From: Hydrolagus colliei
Lineage: Eukaryota
Assembly (NCBI GenBank): GCA_035084275.1
Contig: CM068749.1
Coordinates: 17,298,001-17,362,000 of the forward strand
Length of the DNA: 64,000 nt
Reading direction: 5' to 3'
Below the pieces are notes generated by a model. It was not told the DNA's origin, made no database searches, and was given only the letters and a program-made list of their open reading frames with translations. Below are positions 11,725 through 22,935 of this stretch, piece after piece. How positions within the stretch are numbered: position 1 is the first letter of the stretch; each line of letters begins with the position of its first letter. The position numbers and the translations under genes are program-made.

Positions 11725-12838
11725 TGTTATCGATATGCACAAGATCCAGAGCTTTGGGGTTATCAGATACCTTTTATTTATAGCTAGGCAATGATTAATG
11801 TAGGTTAATTTTAGTACACGTATCAATATACCTGTTATGCAATAAAACTCCTACCGATAGCGTGTAGGTTTGTAAAGTTTATCCAACCTAACACTTCTAC
11901 TATAATTAATTTAACTCTATTCGCACATTCTGACAATGATCACAACATGCGTTCATATCATGACTAACTGAAATCGAATTATAAGCGGTTACGGTAGATA
12001 GGCCAGTTGTCGGAGAACCCAAGACTATGCTATACTACCCAAAGAGCTATACTACCCAGTAAATATAGCGATTTGTCTCAACTGGACCGCTGCTTGATGG
12101 TTTCATCAGTCGTCTTTGGCAGCTCATCTGTGTTGACGGGATCTTTCGACGCTCTCTCTATCTGCTCAGCCTCAGCACTCTTTCCTTTTCTTCCTTCGTC
12201 AGGTAGTCAGTTAAACTACATGACGGAAGTTCTCTGCCTCATCTCTTTGTAACTCGTCAAATGATCGGTGTGATCAACTGGACGAGTGATTTGGCTTATG
12301 GTTTCTGAATCCCGGCTCAGAATCTACACAGAGTACAGCTCCTGTGCCCAAACTCCCTTTTTCCTCTCCTACTCTACCACTGAAGAGTTGACTGATGAAA
12401 TCCTTCTCTATTCTTATACCTTTTAGCAGTGTCTGGACATTAACCCGGTCCTTCCTACGTATCCCGATTACCAGTACCTGATTGTGACCTTTTGGTCTTC
12501 TTAATTCAATTAACAAATCAGCATTTTTCACTCTCACTTGAGGACTGTTATCCTGTTAATTCAATTTTTAGGCGGAATACTCTTAGCTCAGCATTCCGTG
12601 CCCTCTCCTGCTTAGACAATCCGTTACTCTAACCTAATCTCCCGCTACCAAACTCCCTCGTACTTTGTCCTTGAAACGAGTCTATCTATTACTTCAACTG
12701 ATTGCTTCTCTCTGTTCATTGTCCTACTCTCCTGCTATTGACTGGTCTCAACCAGTCTGTGAGATCTGCTGACCCAAGTTGCCCCTGCATCACACGACTT
12801 GACCAAGGCTTTACTACCAATAATGCTTACCCATTACA
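11725..12838 (-). mobile_element. Putative solo LTR (internally shorter copy at about 21155-21658)
   Basis: Minus strand reads TGTAATGG...ATAACA with AATAAA about 50 nt from the 3' end; TSD imperfect. Confidence 0.5.
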
Positions 12839-13838
12839 TGCATTCAAAGGTTACATTGAAATAAACCATCATGTATAATTAAAGTTTAATACCAGCAATG
12901 ACACCTTCTTAATAATGATTAGTAATCATATGTTTCAATGTTAAAAAAAAATTATTTTGGGGCTGCCGGCAGCAGTCCATGTAACGGACTCTCCGAGCAA
13001 GATGTTCATTCAATCCTGCCTTCAACCACAATTCTTGAAAATGCTATCGTTCATATACCTTTTGACGTGAAGGGTGCTCTATCAATGTAATACTGTATTG
13101 TTGTTGATGTAGAGCAGTGTACTTTCCTCTTGAAACCCACATTGGACTTGGACTCTATCTTTCTTGGTCGGGCAATCCACATCCCAATGACACTCTTGAC
13201 CTTTTGACTCAGGGAAAATTTATTCTCAGTACAGTAATTTGGTACAATTTGCAATCTGAGTCAGTAGGGTGGGGAGCCTCTCATCCCCATGTAACTGATA
13301 CTGGGGTTATTATCTGGTCTGGATATTGCTCCAGCTTTCCCTTCGGTCACCCTCCTATCCACTAGCATCCCTGCTTTCTACCTCTCCTGGACCTAAGTCC
13401 CACCTTGGGTCCAAATTCAAATCATATTCTTTTCTGCTCGGGATACTATCTTCAAGTCACTGTCTCACGATGCACTCATGTTGGTGAAACTGAAAGTACC
13501 GCTTTCTGACAATTCTGTATCTGATTTCAGCCAAGAGATAGGGATGTGCTGGGTATGAAGGGAGATTTTTAGCTGAGGACCTTGAAGTTGATCCATTGAG
13601 ATACAGTAGAACTTGGGTTGAACTAGGATGATCGGCGAGCAGAATCTTGGTGCCAGTGAAGCTCCAGGTGCAGAGTTTTGTATCGGCTGAAGCTTGTGGA
13701 TGATGGATTTAGGAAGACTAGCGAAGAGTGTACTTGAAAAGTGGGTAACAAAGACCTAAATGAGGATTTCAGTGTCATTTCCTGTGAGATAGGGTATGTG
13801 GAGAAGTAAAATGAAGCGTTATTGGTTATAGACAAAAT

Positions 13839-14501
13839 TGTAGCATTTTAATGTGCTTTAATATCCAAACCATACTTCTGGCTAATACATCAAAATATTT
13901 TTTGTGCTAGGACTGTCAGATAAAGTGTAGGGAGTTCTGTATGTTGTGTTAACTAAAAAAAAGTGTTTGTTTTGTACCTAGTTGTACTTTATACTTTACA
14001 CTGAATCTGTACAGCAACACATTGACAACCCTGCAACTACAGAGTTAAAATACTTTCACCTGCAGTGAAACTAAATTGGACTTATGGTCGAAAACATGCT
14101 CATGCACAATAAAGATGACTCAATAATTTGCTATGGATTTGTACTTTTGGTGGTACAGGTAATTGGAGATTTGCAGGAACCACAAACTGAGTCACCGAAT
14201 TTGTGATAATAACCTTGGGTGAATTAGGACACACCCTAAAGATGAGAAACAGAAACACTTGTCTACACTTGTAGACATAAGCAATGGAATAATAGTGACA
14301 CCCACTCTTGAAATTCTTGATTCTTTGTTGACTTCAATCGTGTTTTGTCCAAATCAGAGATGGAATTCAGAATTCCTGGGGTACCTGGGCACCAAGAACC
14401 TTCAGGCTGCTCTGCACAGTGCCCGAGGCCCCTCCGTCTCATTGTTGGAGTAACGCCGTCTGCTCCCTTCAATCATTCACTGGGGGGAGCCCAGTGCTAC
14501 A
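13839..14501. mobile_element. Putative solo LTR (longer copy at 23272-24113)
   Basis: Terminal inverted 7-mers TGTAGCA...TGCTACA; flanks AAAT/AACT (4-bp TSD with one mismatch). Confidence 0.6.
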
Positions 14502-16438
14502 AACTGGTTCTCCCTCAGTTGAGAGGTTAAAGAAAAAAGACAATGTTATTGGCCTAAACGTGTCTAAACGTGCAGTTTATGAATCTCATTTTTATTTAAA
14601 AGTTCTTTTCTTGCTTAAATGCCATTATTTGATTTAATTTGTAATTGAGTCCGAAACAATGGGACATAGAAAGAGAACATAAGCGCTGGCATGGACTGGT
14701 TGAATTGAATGTCCTGTTTTCCTCTGCGTAATTCTATGTAATGTGAATGTTGTACAAAAAGCTATTCCATATTGTTGAGCATAAACAACATGACCACAAT
14801 AGCTGGCAAGCATAATGTATGCTTTGTGAAGAGATTTTAACATAAAATGTGGAAGTCAAGTTTTTGGTGGAAAATATTATACAGTATTTTAGATAGAGTG
14901 GTTACTGTGGCCCTTGCTTGTGAGAGTTGAGTTCTGAAAGCAGATGGGATTTGAGCAGGCGAGTTATTTTAAAAAGTTGATCTGCATGATCACCAAAATT
15001 GACCTATTTTTCATGCTTCACAGAAATTGTTGATGGTTTTCATGTGTTCACAATTGAACCTTTTTAGTGTTTCAGTTTCTGAAAACATAATGTATCATAT
15101 TGACATGAGATTGTGTGATTAATTTGTGTTTGCAGCCAATAAAAGTAGCACAGTATCTATCAAATACAATAGTTAATAAATTGTGAAATGTATAAGAGCA
15201 ATCGTTTGCTCTTTTGTTGTCAGTATTAGTCACAAAGCTGTGGTTTGGCACATGAAGTGTTGCAAAGTTTCCACTGCTTTGTCAGCTTTTCTTATTTTTT
15301 GAACAGATGTTGCTCAATGTTTACTTTGCAATGCTGTTTCTGCAAACTGTTGTCTTTGGCCTGAACGGGATGGGAACTTCCAATTGCAAACACTTAAATA
15401 AGATTACTTTCAGTGGTACCCTCTACGTTACTTATTTTGCTTCTAATTTCGAGACTGTCATCAGCAAAAAATATTTAAAAGTTCCAAAAAGTGTCTGTTT
15501 AAAGTTAAAATATTCCATATTATACTGCATTGCTTAATATTTCCCTATTTATTTTTGATAATCCAGTACATATATTAATTCCAGCAATGGAAATACATGT
15601 TTAAAACAGTTTCTGTTATTTTTGATTATACAAATTGGTTAAAACATTGAATGGAAATGTGCCATTCGACGTCTAGAATAATCATACTGTAATACTCACA
15701 CACAAAAAACTAAATTTATATATAACCCCTGACACATCACTCGGCTACACAAAAACATTATACTGCATTATTTTTCTGTTTTTAATAATTTTAGGTGTAT
15801 TTTAGGTTGTGATGTATATTTGTTTGTGTAGATGTGGGATCTAACATTCAACAACGATGCAGTGTATCACAACTATTGACTCCATCCTTGTTCTCCCTAT
15901 TATTACTGTACTTGCACCAATGTATAAACCCAGAGCAATACCATAAGGTGCCCCAAAAGGTTTTGTACATGGGATCAAGAAGTTCTTTTTGAAATGTTTT
16001 CTTCTCAGTTTTTAGGACTTCTTATTTTTAAGACTTTTAGTAACAAATGCTACATAAGCTTAAAGCACAACACAAATGAAGTGAGTAGATGCAGTAACAA
16101 CAGATGTATTATATATTTGGACAAACAGGCTGAGAAAAAAACATTAATATGTTGAGAAAGTCAGAGAATTTTTAAATGATGAATTTTAAGATTTGAAATG
16201 AAATCTACCCCTGTTTTGCTATTTTGTTTTGCTTCACATCCCACTGTCAGTTTCATGGGGACAGTTTAACATAATAATACTGTATTTGCATTTGATATAT
16301 ACTCTTAAGAGATTGCAACTGATCTGTGGAATGTGTTACCATTGTGAGCATTTTTTTCTCTTATCTGTAGGTGCTGATATAATCAAGAATGATGGTATTT
16401 ACTCTCGGTATTTCACCAACTTTGCGTGCGATGGAAGA

Positions 16439-17208
16439 ATGATCGTGACTAATAGTTTAATGGTTACTGGATAGTACTGATATGACTGGGTGTAAGCTGC
16501 AAGCAGAATAATAATAATAATAATCCTTGCATTTGATATAGCACTTTCCACATCTTATAAATTTCCGAAAGCGCTTCACAGAATATACTGTAAAGTGAAT
16601 TGACCGTATATATTTGTGGGCGAATCACGGCAGCCAATTGCGCACAGCAGTGTCCCACACACAGACGTGGATTGAAATGACCAATTTTATTATTGTGGCT
16701 TTTTTTGGAGGGGTTATTATTAGGCGTGTGGAGTAAGGAAACTTGCCCGAGGTTTCGCCCTGACCTGCCTGGATTCGAACACAAATCTCCCCAGCTTGCA
16801 AGACAACTGCTCTACTAAGCCACAGGAGCTCCACAAGCAGAAGTGAGTAACAGCAGAGCTGAGTGCAAAGATCCAATCAGGCCATGATCACGCACTCAAA
16901 TACTGAAGGTCCACATGAACATTATATGAATGCCGAAGGACTTATAGTTAGTTCTAGTCAGGCACCAATTGAAACAATCTATCCACAACTCAGACATGGT
17001 CAGCAACCTTGAGCAAAAGGGAGAGAAACAACTTGTTTGCACTATAGCTACGCCCCCTTTTTTCCTTTGTTAGTTTAGAATCACTTGGAGCAACACAAAG
17101 AAACTGCTTTGAAGCTTTTTCGCCTGTACTTTTGAACACGTGATGAATAAACTTTGAAAAACCACTTCTCGGACTTCAATCTTTATTGAAGAAATACATG
17201 ATCTAACA
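16439..17208 (+). mobile_element. Solo-LTR-like insertion into the duplicated CLCA exon
   Basis: AAGA TSD (16435-16438 / 17209-17212); ends ...TCTAACA; AATAAA at about 17146; absent from copy A. Confidence 0.75.
16509..16833 (-). mobile_element. tRNA-headed SINE nested within the LTR-like insertion
   Basis: (TTA)n tail; head with B box (gttcgaatcc); TSD CAAGCAGAA at 16500-16508 and 16834-16842. Confidence 0.85.
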
Positions 17209-20200
17209 AAGATACAGCCTTAAGGTTCACTTACAAGGAAGCGAGGGAACCATGAAGATAGTGATGAGAAGAGGCAGTTATGCCATGTACATACCAGGAT
17301 TTGTAGAAAATGGTACTAAATATTGAGCAGCAGAAATATTTAGAGAAGAAAAACAGTGAGGCATAATTTAATATGTACCATTAACTTCAACTTCTGGTCA
17401 ATGTGTTGTCATGGCACTGATAGATTATATGATTTCAATGTAAATTTACTGGGTTAATTTCAAAAGCTGCTCAGGTTTGGGTCCTGTTCTGAATTACTGA
17501 TAAAATACCTCTCAATCCAGTCCTTTTTGAAAATTACGTGAAATAAGAGTCGTTGTGTACAATCACATTGGTGAATCTGATTTCTCTAATCTGACCAAGA
17601 GATGCATCATTGGTTACCCAGCATTCAGCCACTCTACCCTCAATTCTCACAAAATCACTTTGTTCTACCTTTAAAGGTTTAAATTTAAAGGTTGCCTTTA
17701 AATTTAAAGGTTGCCTTTGGTCAACCTTTAAATTCTCTTTTCTCTCTCCCTGATTGGTGCTCCTAATCTTATCTGTAAAGTCCTTTGAGATGTTCACCCT
17801 GCTTAAAACACGTTATTAAAACCTATATAACAAATTGTTGTTCCATTTTTAAATTGATGGTTTCAATGTGATTATTGGGGATTTAATGTAATTTTATAGT
17901 TAAGTTCTGATAACTCATGAAAGTTGACTGGTTATCCAAAGTACAATATCTCAAAAGTACAAAGTACTTGAATACCCAGGATATTGATTGAGTGACTAGT
18001 TATTTGCGATTGATGCCCTTATCCCAGGTGTGAGTTATTAGAGGTTCAGCGTAGTTTCAGCTGATGAATGGAACTTTTTAACTGTATAATATTATGTTGT
18101 CTGTATCTGAAAGATGAATTCTGTTTTGTGTAGGCAACACTCATGCAAATCCAGCCAAACCTCCAGTTGATGAGGGAGATCTTCAGCCTCAGATAGGAAG
18201 CTTCAGCAGAGCCAAGTCGGGAGGAGCAATTTCTCTCTCTGGAATTGGTGCACAACTGCTCACAGACCTTCCGCCTTGTAAAATTGCAAACCTTAAAGCA
18301 AAATTTGTCGAGAAAGAAATTCATCTCGAATGGACAGGCCCAGGAGGTGACTTGGATCAAGGCACAGGTAATTGTTTCTGAACTCCAGTTACTTTTATAT
18401 ACATTTCATTTCTTGGAATGAATTGAAGAGAATTTTCTACTCACTGTTTGATAAATACTGGGGTGATGTCACACAAAGGCAAAGCAAGGAAGGAAGATAG
18501 GAGAATAGTCAATCAGTACTAATCCTGTCCAAATTCTAGTACTGCAGTTGATTCAAGTGAGGTAATAATAATAATCATAGTATTGCATTTGTTGTAGCAC
18601 TTTAATTTGGATTTATATTCATATAGTGCCCTCCATGCTGAACGGCATCTCAGAGCTTCAAGGATATATTCTAAAGACGGTACATATGTAGGCAAAATGC
18701 GGTAGCCAATTGTGCACAGCAGTTTCCTACAAATAGTTGTGGATCGAAATGACCAATTAATTAATTCAGTAATTAAGTAATATTATGTTGTCTTTAATTA
18801 ATTAATTATTTCATTCATTCATTCATTCATTCATTCGGACGGATTATTATTAGGCGTGTGGAGTAAGGAAACTTGCCCAAGGTTTCACCCTGCAGTGAAT
18901 GGAACCCTGGTCTCCCGCTTGCAAGGCGAGGGCTCAACCAACTGAGCTACAAGACTCACTGAGCTACAAGATAATTCTGATAGGTTACTCTGTCACTGAA
19001 GAAACTTAAATGGGAAAGAAAATAACAAATAAAAATATTGAATTCCAAATGAGCGGAAAGCCATGTGTTTCATAAACATACGTCTGTAAATTGTTTAGCA
19101 TTTGATGGTCCATGAGAGGGCAATCTGCCAAATGAAACTCCATGGCCGTATGCTCACAGAGTGTATGAATGTTGTAAAAAGTACATTCTGGAATTAAAGT
19201 AAAATTGCAAGGCACTGTGAGGATGAGTGTGTTTATAGCAATGCACTTATAGCACAAGTAGCAGAGCTGCAGTACTTGTCATTCAATTTTGTTCATTTTT
19301 AATTTTAAAGGACAACACAAATGTCTAATTTTACTACAAAAACATTCCTTTGGAAAAGGTGATGATTCTTCCGACGAATTAATATTTTACATCTTATTTT
19401 TAGCATTCAGGTACGACCTCAGGATGAGTGAACAGCCTGCCACAGCTATGGGATCAGTTTTCAACTGCCACTGAGCTTGATTTATCCCGGTTACATCCAC
19501 TTTCTTATGGCAACACTGAAGTAGTCCAATTTATTCTGAATAATATAGAACTGCAAAATGATACAATTTACTACTTTTGTATCAAAACATATGATAATAT
19601 CACACAAGCATCTAAATTGTCGAATCTAGGACGAGCTACTTTAATTTTGCCTTTGGCACCTCCTGTAGTTACACTGCCTCCTGGGTCTACAGTGTCTTCA
19701 GTGCCTACTGTGCCTACAGTGGCTACTGTGCCTTCTGTAGTTCAAATTGACTATCCTCGTGGTGTTAACATAGGAGGAATTGTATGGATTGTCACTGGTG
19801 TTGTAATTGCTGTTTGTCTGATTGCTGGAGTTTCTGCATTTGTTATGAAAAAAACGAGCTGGAAAAGAATATCTCCAAATGAAGAAAATACGTAAATAAT
19901 TGATGTGTAGAATCATGGAATTATGTAGCACAGGTGGAGGCCTTTGAAACCATTGTGCCTGTGCCTGCTTTATAAGAATAGCTGCCAAATCAATCCCACC
20001 ACCCCGCTCTTTCCCCATACGTACCCCTATAAACATGTCCTCACCATAATGCTGACACATTGCAAATATTGAATCAGAATGGATTTAATGAAGTGAAAAT
20101 TGAGCCAAACAGACTGCCACTGATCAAAGAGGTAATTAAGGTCAAAGAGAAAATCACCAGGATTCAAACCCCTAGTTCCTGTTCAAATCCTCAATTGTTC

Positions 20201-22139
20201 AATGCCTTGGGACGTTCTGCTGATATAAAGGCAATTTCTTTGATAATATGTACACATATGCTGATTCAAATGCATAAACCACTTGCCCTCTTCCCATACT
20301 GAATATTATATGTTATAATATGTCATAATAAATAAGGCAGCCTACATAAAATTATCGGATTGACCATTTTGCTTATTGTGCACTTATAATATGCTAATAA
20401 AACTATATAGTCATCAGCAGATCACATTGGTGTATTTTTAATTGATAACATTTTGTTAACTTTTCAAAACTGCATTATAACTCCATTAACTAAACTTGGC
20501 ATTCAAACTGCTTACAATAAAATTAATTACATTTTCTTTTCTGAGAGAAGAATAACATGTGTCAGTCTTCCTTGATTGCTGGCACTCTTGTCTCTGAAAT
20601 AGAAAGTTGTAGGTTCGAACTCTATTTCAAGACTTTGAAATCACAGTCTAGTCTGGCAGACTGTTGCATTGCTGGGTGCAATGCTAAGGATGAACTCCAT
20701 TGTTGGAGGTGCCATACTACAGATGAAATGTCGAACCAAATCCTGCCTGCCCCTGTTCGGCGTCACATTAAATATCCCATCTCACCAGCTGAAAGGAGAA
20801 GAGAGTTTCTCCCAGTGTCCTGGCCAACAATCCCCAAGATATGATTAGGCATTTACTTGATGTGGTCAGTTACAAGAACTTCTACACTTCCTGAAGTCAT
20901 TGTGATCATCATTACAGTAACAATTTGTTTCAAAGAAAATGCTGCTGAACAATTAGAGAACAAAATACACATTGAGATAAATGAGAATTTACAATAATGC
21001 TTAATAGGGGAACTGGTTTGGTTCGAGTCTGAAAAGGTCTTTGGCAACTTCATCGGTATTCAGATGAAAGGAGATGTTAAAATTAAAATCCTACCGTTTT
21101 CACAAAAGTGTGGCTAAATTCAGAAAATGCAAAAATGCTAATTTTTCATGTTGCTGTTATCGATATGCACAAGACCCAGAGAGCTTTGGGGTTATCAGAT
21201 ACCTTTGACTGATGAAATCCTTCTCTATTCTTATACTTTTTAGCAATGTCCGGACATTAACCCGGTCCTTCCTACGTATCCCGATTACCATTACCTGATT
21301 GTGACCTTTTGGTCTTCTTAATTTAATTAACAAATCAGCATTTTTCACTCTCACTTGAGGACTGCTGTCCTGTTAATTCAATTTTTAGGCGGAATACTCT
21401 TAGCTCAGCATTCCGTGCCCTCTCCTGCTTAGACAATCTGTTACTCTAACCTAATCTCCCGCTACCAACTTCCCTCGTACTCTGTCCTTGAAACGAGTCT
21501 ATCTATTACTTTACTGATTGCTTCTCTCTGTTCATTGTCCTTCTCTCCTGTTATTGACTGGTCTCAACCAGTCAGTGAGATCTGCTGACTCAAGTTGCCC
21601 CTGCATCACACGACTTGACCAAGGCTTTACTACCCATAATGCTTATGACAACCATTACATGCATTCAAAGGTTACATTGAAATAAACCATCATGTTTAAA
21701 GTTTAATACCTGTGATTACACCTTCTTAATAATGATTAGTAAACATATGTTTCAATGTTAACAAAAAGGTATTTTGGGGCTGCCGGCAGCAGTCCATGTA
21801 ACGGACTCTCTGAGCAAGATGTTCATTCAATCCTGCCTTCAACCGCAACTCTTGAAAATGCTATCGTTCATATACCTTTTGACGTGAAGGGTGCTCTATC
21901 AATGTAATACTATATTGTTGTTGATGTAGAGCAGTGTACTTTCCTCTTGAAACCCACATTGGACTTTGACTCTCTCTTTCTTGGTCGGGCATTCCACATC
22001 CCAATGACACTCTTGACCTTTTGACTCAGGGAAAATTTATTCTCAGTACAGTAATTTGGTACAATTGTTGATCTGAGTCAGGAGGGTGGGGAGCCTCTCA
22101 TCCCCATGTAACTGATACTGGAGTTATTATCTGGTCTTC

Positions 22140-22407
22140 AGTTTTTCTGCTCCGACCTTATGGAATTCCATCCCCCAATCCCTCCGTCTCGTTTCTTCAC
22201 TTTCCTCGTTCAAGGCCGGTTTGAAGACTTTCCTCTTCGACCATGCCTTTTGTTCCACCCCGAATTCTTCGACCTCCCCTACTTGTCTCACCCCTTCCCC
22301 TACACTCCCCTCCCAGCTTGGGTCACATGCCTCCTGTGCAGCGCCTTGGGACGTCCTCCCGACGTGAAAGGTGCTTTATAAGTGTAATTTGTTGTTGTTG
22401 TTGTTGT
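22140..22407 (+). mobile_element. L2 3' fragment present only in copy B
   Basis: L2 3' UTR plus tail cagcgccttgggacgtcctcccgacgtgaaagg and (TTG)n; absent at about 13320 in copy A. Confidence 0.8.
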
Positions 22408-22879
22408 ATATTGCTCCAGCTTGGCTCGGTCGAAAGGTTGTGTGTTCAAGTCCATTGTCGGGACTTGGAATCACATTGTCCAAACTGACACTCACAATGC
22501 TGGGGGAGCTGCATTATTTGAGGTGCCGTCCTTCAGATGAGATGTTAAACTGACCTTAAGATGATTGAGCTAAAAATCCTCAACCTCATTTTGAAAGCCC
22601 TCCATAGCATTGTTCCTCCCAATTTCTATGACCTGCTAATGTGTACTAACTCTACTCGGCAGACTCAGGCCTGCTCAACATCTCCTGCCCTGCTCACCCC
22701 ACCATAATAAAAATACCAATCCTTGCATTTGATCATTAGTCTGGCCTTCAGCCTTTATGCCCCCACCTTTTAGAACTCTACCCCACAATCCCTTCACCTT
22801 GCTCCCTCCCGTGCCTTCATCAAGGCCTGCCTCAGGAACCCCCGTGCCTTCGGTCACCCTCCTATCCACCAGCATCCCT

Positions 22880-22935
22880 GCTCTCTACCTCTCCTGGACC
22901 CAAGCCCCAGCTTGGGTCCAGGAGAGGTAGAGAGC
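22880..22935. repeat. Perfect 26-bp inverted repeat with 4-nt spacer
   Basis: GCTCTCTACCTCTCCTGGACCCAAGC-ccca-GCTTGGGTCCAGGAGAGGTAGAGAGC. Confidence 0.95.

Larger units (their letters stand above)
8250..15956 (+). repeat. Tandem segmental duplication, copy A
   Basis: Colinear high-identity match to 15954-27283 (e.g. ORF pairs 10259/19006, 11423/20853, 13623/23056, 14634/24368). Confidence 0.92.
16371..19895 (+). pseudogene. Partial duplicate of the last three CLCA exons: 16371-16438 + 17209-17312 (split by insertion), 18134-18367 (frame intact), 19404-19895 (+1 frameshift, retains TM helix)
   Basis: Homologous to exons 8641, 9420 and 10609. It has a 770-bp insertion in the first exon and an extra A at about 19431 (gtgaacagc vs gtgacagc), giving a stop at 19472-19474. 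No upstream exons are present. Confidence 0.85.

Noticed and set aside
13623-13835. 70-aa ORF nearly identical to 23056-23268 (likewise other ORF pairs across the duplication)
   Set aside because: Similarity is explained by the tandem duplication; no recognisable domain or splice structure
19409-19446. Alternative acceptors that might bypass the copy B frameshift
   Set aside because: AGs at 19410, 19422, 19435 and 19445 give stops or the wrong phase after a phase-1 donor
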